Source: Pseudomonadota bacterium
Lineage (GTDB): Bacteria > Bdellovibrionota > Bdellovibrionia > Bdellovibrionales > SG-bin7
Assembly (NCBI GenBank): GCA_034439715.1
Contig: JAWXAY010000003.1
Coordinates: 1-25,715 of the forward strand
Reading direction: 5' to 3'
DNA length: 25,715 nt
Shown: positions 8,343-17,500 of the stretch, one piece after another
Numbering within the stretch: the first letter of the stretch is position 1
Layout: every line of letters starts with the position of its first letter
Program-made: the position numbers and the translations under genes
The notes under the pieces: model-generated
The model's input: only the letters and a program-made list of their open reading frames with translations
Told to the model about the DNA's origin: nothing
The model's database searches: none

Positions 8343-9112
8343 TTACACCTCCGTCTTTTCTAAAAAGAAATCGGGAGCCATTTCAATTTTAAACAAATCT
8401 CCATATGGCTGGGCCTCTGATCTAATATTTTTATAAACGATATCTTTGGTGCAGACAAAGTGAACTTGGTTTGCGGTGGGAACGGTACTTTTAGAATACT
8501 TAATTAGGTCCACATAGCCTTTTATTTTTCTCGGTACCGAGCTTTCGCCTTTGCCGCAATTTCAAACTCAAACGCTATTTTTTTACCATCCGAAAGTATA
8601 TAGAGACCGTCAGGACGAAGCTCTTTTGAAAATTGCTCTTGGTACTCATTATTTTCGGATAAGTGCTTTTCTGAAATCCAACAAACACCTAGATTTTGAG
8701 ATTCAATTACCATGCGTGAAATTAAAACTTGTCTGTCGTGATCAAACGTAAAGAAATCTGTTTCACGAACGGGCCTACAGTAAAATCTAAAGGGTTCAAT
8801 TGCGGATACCACAGCGAAGCCCGCGTCTGAAACTGCATAATACCGTCGAATTTCAGAAAAGGTGCGAAGGCGTAAAAGAAAACCAGCCTTTTCTAATTGT
8901 AACAGGCGCTTTCTAGCCCAAAGAACACTTACTGATTTGCGACCCGAACGAGTGATCTTAAAAAATTTCTGGTGTATTTCATCTACTGAGACAAACTTCA
9001 TTTCTAAAATAAAACTGAGAACCTCGACGTCACGACTGGTTACTGCAATCTCAGATTTAAAATCACTTTCAAATCCCGCCATCGGAATCTTTTCTTTCAT
9101 AGCTACATACAT
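8343..9112 (-). pseudogene. Replic_Relax/MOB_C-like relaxase (copy A), frameshifted
   Basis: wHTH plus HD...PDG...AFEFE nuclease motif; homology to copy B continues in another frame after the A5 run at 8525-8529 until TAA at 8345-8343. Confidence 0.8.
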
Positions 9113-9164
9113 ATCTATTCCTCCTATTTATAATCCTGTCCTCATGCTTACTTTCCTTACTTCA

Positions 9165-9253
9165 TTCCGGTTGTGGGAAGCTTTAGGCCCCTGACCACCT
9201 TCAATCGTAGATTGGGGGTGGTCAGGAGCCGTCCAAAGCAGGCGCAACCGGAA
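9165..9253. other. Long hairpin, oriT candidate (copy A)
   Basis: Inner 48 nt (9184-9231) match copy B at 44/48; outer stem TTCCGGTTG/CAACCGGAA. Confidence 0.65.
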
Positions 9254-9355
9254 CCGCGAGATTTTTTGGCCACTTATGAATGCTTCACTGTGACCAAATA
9301 ACCTATTTCAAGAGATGACCCAGAATCTGAGTGTGGAGCTGTCTTGGTTAACCCC

Positions 9356-9452
9356 GTCAGCCAAGCGTCAGCCAAAGTCAGCCAAACTGTAGTGACTTCG
9401 AGTGACCTCGTGTGACCTTCAAGGTCACATGAAGAGAGATAACCTATTGAAA
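9356..9452. repeat. att-arm repeats (copy A): 3x GTCAGCCAA, 3x GTGACYT, IHF-like site
   Basis: 9-mers at 9356/9367/9377; GTGAC at 9392/9402/9412; TAACCTATTGAAA at 9440. Confidence 0.75.
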
Positions 9453-9507
9453 CTCCTTGTTATGGATTTCAAGTATTTAGGTTTTTTTTAGGATTTTAAG
9501 AAGAAGG

Positions 9508-9519
9508 AAAATGGGGTGA
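9508..9519 (-). other. Putative att core (tRNA-His 3'-end-like TCACCCCATTTT)
   Basis: Identical 12-mer at 24491-24502 in the equivalent position. Confidence 0.65.
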
Positions 9520-9639
9520 TAGTAGCTCGCCCCAGAAAATTCACCAACTTAGGACTTAAGTTGACATCGAGAAAGCTAATCTGCAAGTTTTTTTCCATTT
9601 CAGAACCAATATTTCTCACTTTAAAGTCTCCGTTAATAA

Positions 9640-10815
9640 CTAGTCGCGACTTGGAACGTACTTTTTCTGCATTCTAAAGTCCGTAAGGTTTGCGACCTTC
9701 ACTTCTTGTCGACTGGGAGCAACAAAGCTTAAGCCTTCTGTCGCCCCTCTCACATCAATACCCGCTAATCGAATATACCTTGTCATAACCTTCTCATCCG
9801 TCCAACCGCAGATCTTCTTCACAATAGGGCTTGTGACCCCCGCATTTAGTAAATGCGTTGCAAAGCAAGCTCTAAGAGCGTGAAAGTTTACAGAGGTAAT
9901 ACCGATGCCGCTACAAAATCCGCGAAGTACCCTAGCTGCATCACCACGCCTCCACTGATTTATTCGTGGAAGGACGTGCGCATCTTTGGGAGCAATGGCT
10001 CTGCGTTCGATTAAATACGCCTCTAATTCTTGGTTAATTGGAATCTTCCTCCAGTAACCTGCCTTAGTGGATTTAATTATATCCATGCGTCCGTTATAGG
10101 ATTTTGAACAAGTAATCATCTTACCTTCAAAATCTATGTCGTTCCATAAAAGCGCATAGAGCTCACCACTTCGCATTCCCGTGTGCAGAGCCATAAACCA
10201 AATTGGGAACCAGGCATGATCCATCTCCCTTGCCGCATCCAATAACTTTTGAATTTCGGTAAGAGACAAAATCAAAGGTGGTTTCTCGTCATTGACTCGG
10301 CCCAAAACAATTCCTTCTGCCGGACTATTTCGAACATTTAAAACCGTTCCGTCTTCAATTCCCCACTTAAAAACAGTGTTGATCGCAGACCTTACGGCTT
10401 TCAATCTGCTTCGTGAATATCCTTGATTGACCATTTCTTGCAGAAGTTTTCTCACGTCGCCCGGCATAACTTCGTTACAAAGTTTTTTGTCCCATGGTTT
10501 GGTAAATCGCCTTAATGTGCCGATTGTCTCCCAAATTGTCGAACGCAAAATATGTTTAGACCTAAAGTCATCGCCTCGATTCACGAGTTCATACTCTTCT
10601 AAAAGATCGCCCCAGGGAAGGCCTGACCCCTCTCGCCTGGCGACCTCAGCGGCGCAGTATTGAAGCGCTTCCTTTTCAAAGATTTGGGCTTCACGCATAC
10701 TAGTAATAAAACTTTGTTTGCGAGAAACCTTTATCTTTCTTTTGATTCGACTTCGTGAACTAACAGTAACTACGAAGTACTTCGTACCATTGATTACAAC
10801 TTTTTTAATTCCCAT
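9640..10815 (-). CDS. Tyrosine recombinase/integrase (A)
   Basis: TGMRSGE, FHALR, CGW and catalytic Y in RYIRL; N-terminal arm-binding-like region. Confidence 0.95.
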   Translation of the reverse strand: MGIKKVVINGTKYFVVTVSSRSRIKRKIKVSRKQSFITSMREAQIFEKEALQYCAAEVARREGSGLPWGDLLEEYELVNRGDDFRSKHILRSTIWETIGTLRRFTKPWDKKLCNEVMPGDVRKLLQEMVNQGYSRSRLKAVRSAINTVFKWGIEDGTVLNVRNSPAEGIVLGRVNDEKPPLILSLTEIQKLLDAAREMDHAWFPIWFMALHTGMRSGELYALLWNDIDFEGKMITCSKSYNGRMDIIKSTKAGYWRKIPINQELEAYLIERRAIAPKDAHVLPRINQWRRGDAARVLRGFCSGIGITSVNFHALRACFATHLLNAGVTSPIVKKICGWTDEKVMTRYIRLAGIDVRGATEGLSFVAPSRQEVKVANLTDFRMQKKYVPSRD

Positions 10816-11123
10816 CTTTTTCTCCCTCTTGGTTGTGGAACGTTAATTCCAGAGTGAGACTCTACAGGCCCGTGTCCTGTGTGAGATCTTTCGATGAGTT
10901 GATCCAGAAGCTCGCGGTCAAAGTAAAGGCGTCCACAAAATTTATGGGCCGCCAATTTACCTCTTTGGTAAAGTTTTTTTACCGCCTCGCGAGTTGAGCC
11001 TAAGTACAAAGCCACTTCATCAGTTCTTAGCCATCTCTTAATTTTCAAAGAACTATGTTTCAGCTGAATTTCGCGAAAAGGATCTTCGCCTAATAAAGCT
11101 GAAGCATTACTTAATGTATTCAT
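10794..11123 (-). CDS. Excisionase-like HTH protein
   Basis: WLRTDEVALYLG...KL.AHK..GRLYFDRELLD; RBS-supported ATG at 11123; overlaps the int start. Confidence 0.85.
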   Translation of the reverse strand: MNTLSNASALLGEDPFREIQLKHSSLKIKRWLRTDEVALYLGSTREAVKKLYQRGKLAAHKFCGRLYFDRELLDQLIERSHTGHGPVESHSGINVPQPRGRKRWELKKL

Positions 11124-11143
11124 AACAGCCCCCTCCGGTCTGA

Positions 11144-11506
11144 TCAACTGACAACCTGGTTATTAAATTCACTTTCCTTAATTTCACCGCGCAAAAGCTT
11201 GCCAACAAATTCATCAAAAGATAACTTACCGTTTCTCTTTGCATAAGACTCAAAAGCAATATTGAGCCTATCCATTTCTGAATATGTTTTTTCCTGAAGC
11301 TTTTTAATATGTTCGTCGGTAATTAGGTTTAAACCAAGAGAGATAATCTCTCGGTCCATTACCTTACGCCCGTAACCTTTTTGATTTATCTTGTCGCGAA
11401 GCAAATAGAGCTTATTAATAGTGACAGGATCTAATTTTTTAGATGCTGCCTGCTCCTTTTTATCACTCCTTTTTTTATCAATTACTTTACTTATTGCCAC
11501 TTCCAC
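11144..11506 (-). CDS. Hypothetical basic protein, first gene of the xis-int operon (probable DNA-binding regulator)
   Basis: GTG start with AGGAGG at 11512-11517; Lys-rich; co-oriented with xis/int. Confidence 0.65.
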   Translation of the reverse strand: MEVAISKVIDKKRSDKKEQAASKKLDPVTINKLYLLRDKINQKGYGRKVMDREIISLGLNLITDEHIKKLQEKTYSEMDRLNIAFESYAKRNGKLSFDEFVGKLLRGEIKESEFNNQVVS

Positions 11507-11612
11507 TTCTTCCTCCTTTATTTAAAATGAATGGGGGATTTTCACCTCCCCCTTATTCATTTCGCCGATTTTAGTTAAACTTTAAGACCCGGTAATAAAA
11601 ATTTTTTATTTG

Positions 11613-11726
11613 TTACGAATAAGTAAAAATATGACTAATTAGTAACACTCATACGAATTAGTAAACCTGTTGCGAATATGTAAAAACAATGCGTTAAAGT
11701 AAAAAAACGACTAATTCGTAAAGCCA
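11613..11726. repeat. Six tandem 19-bp units with palindromic core TTACKAATTMGTAA
   Basis: GTAA recurs at 11623, 11642, 11661, 11680, 11699 and 11718. Confidence 0.85.
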
Positions 11727-11837
11727 TTTAGACAAAGTCTATTAGAATTTTCACAAAAACTACCTCCTTTGCCATTTAATTCGCTCTTGCAACCCTAACG
11801 AATAATCAGAATCGATATAATCACTTTTTTCACATTG

Positions 11838-11910
11838 TTTCTAAATAGGAATACAAACCCTAATTAGGAACACAGAACCTAATTCGATGTGAAAGTTGCT
11901 AATTAGGAAA
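11838..11910. repeat. Second array, four units with core CTAATTAGGAA
   Basis: CTAA at 11841, 11860, 11879 and 11899 (period 19, 19, 20). Confidence 0.7.
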
Positions 11911-12046
11911 AGAATTTATCGAATAACCGCCTCTAGGACTTGGTTACGTTCAAGAATCGTTAAATTTGTTGAGTGTCACCGAGCTAGAATCGTAACTTGG
12001 AACCTGATCCGGTGTGGTTTTCGATAGGAATTTTGGGAATTTTTTG

Positions 12047-12073
12047 AAAATGGCGGCCACGAAATGGCCACCA
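12047..12073 (-). terminator. Rho-independent terminator of the RHS locus
   Basis: TGGTGGCCA-TTTCG-TGGCCGCCA-TTTT immediately after the stop at 12078. Confidence 0.75.
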
Positions 12074-12077
12074 AAAC

Positions 12078-12605
12078 CTATTTTTTGGTCTCTAAAGGGA
12101 TTAAAAAATCTTTCAACTGGCGATCAGAGCGTTTTAAACCGCCAACAATCAAAGTGAGCTTTTGAAGATCGGGTTTGCTCATAATATGTAGCGGTGGCAT
12201 CAGAGGAGTTGGGTTGTAGTTAAAAACAAGTGACTTGGTTTCACCCGGTCCAATTTCGACAGAATCAGCTAAACTCACTTTCTTAAAATCCTGTCCTTCT
12301 TTAACTTGCATAGACTTCAATTCCATAGTTTGGTTTTTCGTGGTGCTTTTGAGTAAGACTTTTTCTGGGGCAATGACTAGCTTTTTGGAAGAGAGATTGT
12401 TTATATTGAGCCAAGCAGTCATGTTATAGTTAAACAATGAAACCCGTCCGCTAAGCTCAACCTCTTCACCTTTGTCCTTTTTTATGAACGACGTCTGCTC
12501 ATTTGCCGCTGGAAAGGCCGGATCTCTGTAAATCGAAAGAGTATCACAGCCCATTAAATTGAATACGAATACAAAAAAAGTAAACCTTCCAATAACTTTT
12601 ACCAT
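12078..12605 (-). CDS. Lipoprotein, candidate immunity protein for the orphan RHS tip
   Basis: Lipobox LMGC; overlaps the RHS stop. Confidence 0.7.
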   Translation of the reverse strand: MVKVIGRFTFFVFVFNLMGCDTLSIYRDPAFPAANEQTSFIKKDKGEEVELSGRVSLFNYNMTAWLNINNLSSKKLVIAPEKVLLKSTTKNQTMELKSMQVKEGQDFKKVSLADSVEIGPGETKSLVFNYNPTPLMPPLHIMSKPDLQKLTLIVGGLKRSDRQLKDFLIPLETKK

Positions 12606-14170
12606 GTGCTACCTAACCAATCTGCCGTTGCTTCCCACCATTGTCCCGCACTTGTAAAACCAAGAGCTCCCAGTCCTATGTAAGCTTCGGCACCTTGTGG
12701 TCCCGCTGCACTTAGAGCCATGAACTGCATAGTATGACCCAAAGAGTGACGTAATAAATCTTGGTAACCTCCTCCAAAGTATGCACTAGTTCCGATGGTC
12801 AAGTCACCACCTCCAAAACCTAAAATATTTGTTTTAGAGCCCACCATGCCCTGGTACCAGCTATTTGCCCCGACCTCTTGGATACCGCCACCCCAGAAGT
12901 GACCTCCTATAGCCGAAAGACCTAGAAATCCCGCTGATACGTTGAATATCGATTCCGCATTTTTCCAAAAGTCTCCCCCTTTGCCCGATATTCCACTGTA
13001 AATAGCCGATGCCGCAAGAGCCCCTGCGAATGTTGCTCCTACTGCAGCTAATGCTCCTATGGCACTGCCACTGGTTATAGCTAAAGAACTAAAGGCAAAT
13101 AGTGCTGCAAATAAGAACCTTCCAGTCGGGTCTGTAAACATAAGCGGATTATTTGAAACATATATGTATTTATTAATCACCGTCGACGGCATACTAAGCT
13201 TACCCGGCTCTGGATCTTGTTGTAAAAACCTTCCTAAACTCGAATCATAAAATCTTGCTCTATAATAATAAAGGCCACTCTCTTTATCTAACTCTCTCCC
13301 CGTAAATGTATAGCTTGTATTTAGCACCGGATTAGCAACGACACTTACACCAGCTCCGTTGACTATATCTCTGATATCGCCAAACGCAGAATACGCATAC
13401 CTCTGCACAACATTGCCACCACCGTCTATAATGTCTGTTGTAGTGCCGATACTGTCTTTGAGGAAGAAATAAGTCCCACTGCTTTGAGCTAATTTTTGCG
13501 CAACTCCCGCCGAACTTATATTTACCGAAAGCACGTCATCGGTTCTAAGAGTAGAATGTGTGTACCTTGCTAAGAGCGAATTGGTACCATCGAATTCCAG
13601 CAATACCTCTTGACCGTCGTACGCATACTTCCTCGTAAACGTTTTGCCTGTGTCCAAAAGAAAATTCTGATCGACAACCTTCTTTTCAATTCTTCTAGCC
13701 AATGCATCGTAGGTGTAATCAATAGATTTATGAGCCTGAGAACTAAGCGAAGCTGAATACTCTATTTTTATTAACTGATTTTCTGACGAATAAGAGTACT
13801 TAGTTACTTCTCCCGTTCCCTTTGCAATTTTTAAGATAAGATTTCCGTTATTGTCATAGGTGTAATTGTTTTTATAATCCTCACTCAATAATTGCCCCGT
13901 CAGATCATAAACGTAATTCCCATTTTGATCAGTTATGCGATTGCCAAGCGAGTCATACGTATAGGTTTCAGCACCACTGATGGGTCTGTTTGCACTACTT
14001 AAATAACTATTCAAATCATAGGCAAAACTGTGAGCACCCAAACTCGAACTGATATCTGTCACGTGTCCGAGTTGATTTCTCGAATAGTTAAAAAATGATT
14101 TCGTCACTGCATCCGATTTATGGGTAATGCTTTCAATAAAATTCCCACTGCCAAAAGCAAAGTCGTACAT
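12599..14170 (-). CDS. Orphan RHS/YD-repeat fragment with variant C-terminus
   Basis: YD repeats, FTGRELDKESGLYYYRARFYD...GRFLQQDP...DPTG; collinear with the C-terminal part of 14583..18032. Confidence 0.9.
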   Translation of the reverse strand: MYDFAFGSGNFIESITHKSDAVTKSFFNYSRNQLGHVTDISSSLGAHSFAYDLNSYLSSANRPISGAETYTYDSLGNRITDQNGNYVYDLTGQLLSEDYKNNYTYDNNGNLILKIAKGTGEVTKYSYSSENQLIKIEYSASLSSQAHKSIDYTYDALARRIEKKVVDQNFLLDTGKTFTRKYAYDGQEVLLEFDGTNSLLARYTHSTLRTDDVLSVNISSAGVAQKLAQSSGTYFFLKDSIGTTTDIIDGGGNVVQRYAYSAFGDIRDIVNGAGVSVVANPVLNTSYTFTGRELDKESGLYYYRARFYDSSLGRFLQQDPEPGKLSMPSTVINKYIYVSNNPLMFTDPTGRFLFAALFAFSSLAITSGSAIGALAAVGATFAGALAASAIYSGISGKGGDFWKNAESIFNVSAGFLGLSAIGGHFWGGGIQEVGANSWYQGMVGSKTNILGFGGGDLTIGTSAYFGGGYQDLLRHSLGHTMQFMALSAAGPQGAEAYIGLGALGFTSAGQWWEATADWLGSTW

Positions 14171-14197
14171 TAATGATAACGCCTTTTCTAAAAAATT

Positions 14198-14569
14198 TCA
14201 GTAACTATACTTCTTTCGAATTTCGATCGGACATCTAAAGCCCTTGCCCTCTAAGATCGGGAAGCGCCAAAACGTTGTGGCTGACGAACCTGTTTTGACA
14301 ACCACGTTTGCTCCGGCCCGCCCTGCTGCAGTTCGTAGAGCCTTACTTGCTACCCCGTCTTTTACTTTTTCGTCCTCAAACTGGAAAACTGAAACCTCAA
14401 CTTTAACATTGCCGACAAACTCACAGCTACTCAACTCTTCAACAGTCTCGGCAACCTTTACGTGACTTCCGTATTCTGCAAATGACCAATCCATTTCCCA
14501 TTCCGAAGGGACACCTACGCATGAAATCAGAAAAAAACAACCTAAGAATATTAATTTATCAGCGCTCAT
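14198..14569 (-). CDS. Lipoprotein, candidate immunity protein for the first RHS tip
   Basis: Lipobox LISC; C.FVG.V...LRTAAGRAGANVV...G.GFRC pattern; directly downstream of RHS. Confidence 0.7.
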   Translation of the reverse strand: MSADKLIFLGCFFLISCVGVPSEWEMDWSFAEYGSHVKVAETVEELSSCEFVGNVKVEVSVFQFEDEKVKDGVASKALRTAAGRAGANVVVKTGSSATTFWRFPILEGKGFRCPIEIRKKYSY

Positions 14570-14582
14570 TACTTTCTCACTT

Positions 14583-17500
14583 TTACCAAGATACCGACGT
14601 TACACCTTCAATCGCATTTGGGGTGGGAGGCTCTGGATCGGGCCACGGAGTACGCCTAATTATTCCTGCAAATATCTGACTATACAAACTCACCTTTATG
14701 TTAAATGGACTTGTATTATTCAATTTTGCTACCCCTGAGAAGATAAGTGCCGAACCAGAAAATACAGTTAAGCTGGAACCCAATGCACCTTCAAATGCAA
14801 ATACCCCAAAATAAGTAAGTACTGCAATTACAACAAAATCAACCACAAAATTCTCAGCCCAATTTTCAAAAAAGTTTCCCCCCTCAAAGGCCGCTTCAAT
14901 ACCCGAAACAACTGCTGCCACAATAAATATTGCTAACCACGGAAACCGTCCCTGTGGATCTATAAAATTTGCGGGGCTATTTTTGGCATAGCCATATTTG
15001 TTAACTACAGTCGTGGGACTAATCATTCTCCCCGGATGTGGATCTTGCTGTAAGAACCTCCCAATATTAGAATCATAATACCTTGCTCGATAATAGTAAA
15101 GTCCGGTCTCTTTATCAAACTCGCGTCCTGTAAATGCATAACCAGTCGCCACTAACGGGCTACTGGTTATGTTATTCCCTGTGCCGTCTTTAATCTCAAG
15201 AATTGTCCCATACGCGCTGTAAACGTATCGTTGAATCACATTTCCGGCTGCATCAGCTACATCTCTGATTGACCCTAAGTGATCCTTTAAATAAAAGTAG
15301 GAACCGGCACTACTTGCTAATTTTTGACCAACTCCACTTGCAGTCACATTTACGGCAAGCACATCGTCCGTCGCAAGCCCACTATGCGTGTACCTAGCAA
15401 GCAATTGATTAGTACCATCAAGCTCTAGTAGATTTTCTTGATTGTCATAAACGTATCTTCTAGTAAATGTTTTCTCAATATCGGCGGGACTTGTATTATC
15501 AATTACATTTTTCTCAAGACGCCTGCCTAAAGCATCATATGCGTATTTCACTGACTTCGAAGCGCTTGCCGAAAAATTCGGTAAATAGTCAACACCCACA
15601 AGTTGATTTTCTGATGAGTAGCTAAACTTCACAGTCTCTGACGAAAATTTTGAAAATTTAAAAGTCATGTTCCCATTATTATCATATTGGTAATTATATT
15701 TATAGTCCTCTAGCAATAGCTGACCAGTGCCATCATAAACGTAATTTCCATTTTGGTCGGTAATCCGGTTTCCTAGTGAATCGTAAGTGAATGTTTCAGT
15801 TGTGCTCATTGAACTACTAGCTTGGCTGAGAAAATTATTCGAATCATACACGTAAGCGTAATTACCAAGAGTCGTCGTCATAGTTGAAACCTGTCCTAAG
15901 CCGTCGCGAGTGTAACCTAATGTAGATTTTATTTGCCCACTCGCCTCATGGCTTATTGACTGCAAGTAATTAGAGGTACCGTAGCTATATGTAGAAAGGC
16001 CGCCGGGTCTAGTTGACTGAGTAAGCCTGTTTTGACCGTCATAGCTAAAGCCAAAATTTTCTCCAAAGGAATTCGTCAAGCCGACCATTTCTCCAGTTAC
16101 CGAATAAGAATAATTTGTCGCCCCACCTAATGAATCCCCCATTGCAATTCTTTGGTTATTCGAGTTGTAGGAATAGTTAATACCTACCTGCGGTAAATCA
16201 ATTGCACCAACTCCAACAACACTTGTACTTTGCACTCGCCCGGCAGAGTCAACCCCAAAAGAAACTTGTGAGTTTTTATTCGAAGCAAAAATAAGATTTC
16301 CCCTGATATCGTAGGCGTATTGATAGAGATCGTCAGGAAGAATCTTTTTAGTAAGTTTATCAATGGCGTCGTACTCGTACGACTTTAAATTACTGTTAGG
16401 ATCTATCTCTTGCGCTAGGTTTCCAACGGCGTCATAATTAAACTGCCAAACCTTTCCTCTCGTATCTGTTTTTCTAACGAGCCTGCTCATTTCGTCATAA
16501 CTGAATATAACTATTTGACCCTTGGGGTCTGTGATTTTTTCTAACTCGCCAGTAGTTAAATATGCGTACGACGTCGCCTCTCCTTTTGGAGATATCACCG
16601 AAGTCAGTCTATTAAAAATGTCATAGGTGTAAACTGTAACGAGGCTTGTTCCTACGCTGCGAACTTCAGTTTTTTTAATTATATTTCCGGAGGCGTCATA
16701 CGCGAAGTGCAAATCGAGACTTGACGAGTCTGTAATACGTTTTACTCGTCCCAGAGCATCGTATTCACTGTTACTACTCACAGTCGTGGATGCTCCCGTC
16801 TGACTTACAACTGATGTTCTAAGCCCTAGAGCATTATAACTACTCGTGATCTTAAAGCCATTTGGAGCGGTTTGTGAATTCAATTGTCCGGTAGTATCGT
16901 CAAACTTTCTAATTATTGAAAGCCCTGTATTGGTAATTTCTTTGGTTAAGTTTCCAAACGAGTCGATCTCATAGGTTCTAGAACTTCCCGACGCTGAGTC
17001 AGAATTGGAGATCAAATCGTGGGTTGCTGGATCATAGACAAAGTCGGCATGGGTGCCATCGGGTCTTTCAACTTTTAGAGGTCGCCCTTGAAGGTCTCTT
17101 TTAATTAGTGTCGATTGGTTCTTGCCATCAATCACTTCAGTCACGAAACCATCAAAATTAGGAACAAGTTTTGTTTCAACACCTTTTGGATTAATTATGC
17201 CGTCATAGGTTTGATTATGTCCGGCTTGAATGGATTTTACAGTGCCAACTACGCCTGAGGTAAAATCGTTGACAACAGATCCACTTGCAAAGTCATTTAC
17301 CTGAAATGGTAGTCCGTTTGGAGGGATAACTTTTTCTATCCTACTCCATTTGTTATATTCAAATCTGGTAATAAAATTTCTTTGATTTTTTTCTTCAATT
17401 AAGAGTCCATTGTTGTATGTGAAATATTTCGAAGAACTATCAGGAAATTGCACGGATCTTAATTCATTTCCCGAATAAGAAAATGACGATGTTTTTCCCG

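Noticed and set aside
11613..11910. CRISPR array
   Set aside because: Period is only 19 bp with 5-bp linkers; no spacer-length unique sequences and no cas genes.
12047..12073. Third tRNA-like att (…GGCCGCCATTTT)
   Set aside because: Fully explained as a terminator hairpin after the 12078 stop; no arm repeats or IHF site at matching spacing.
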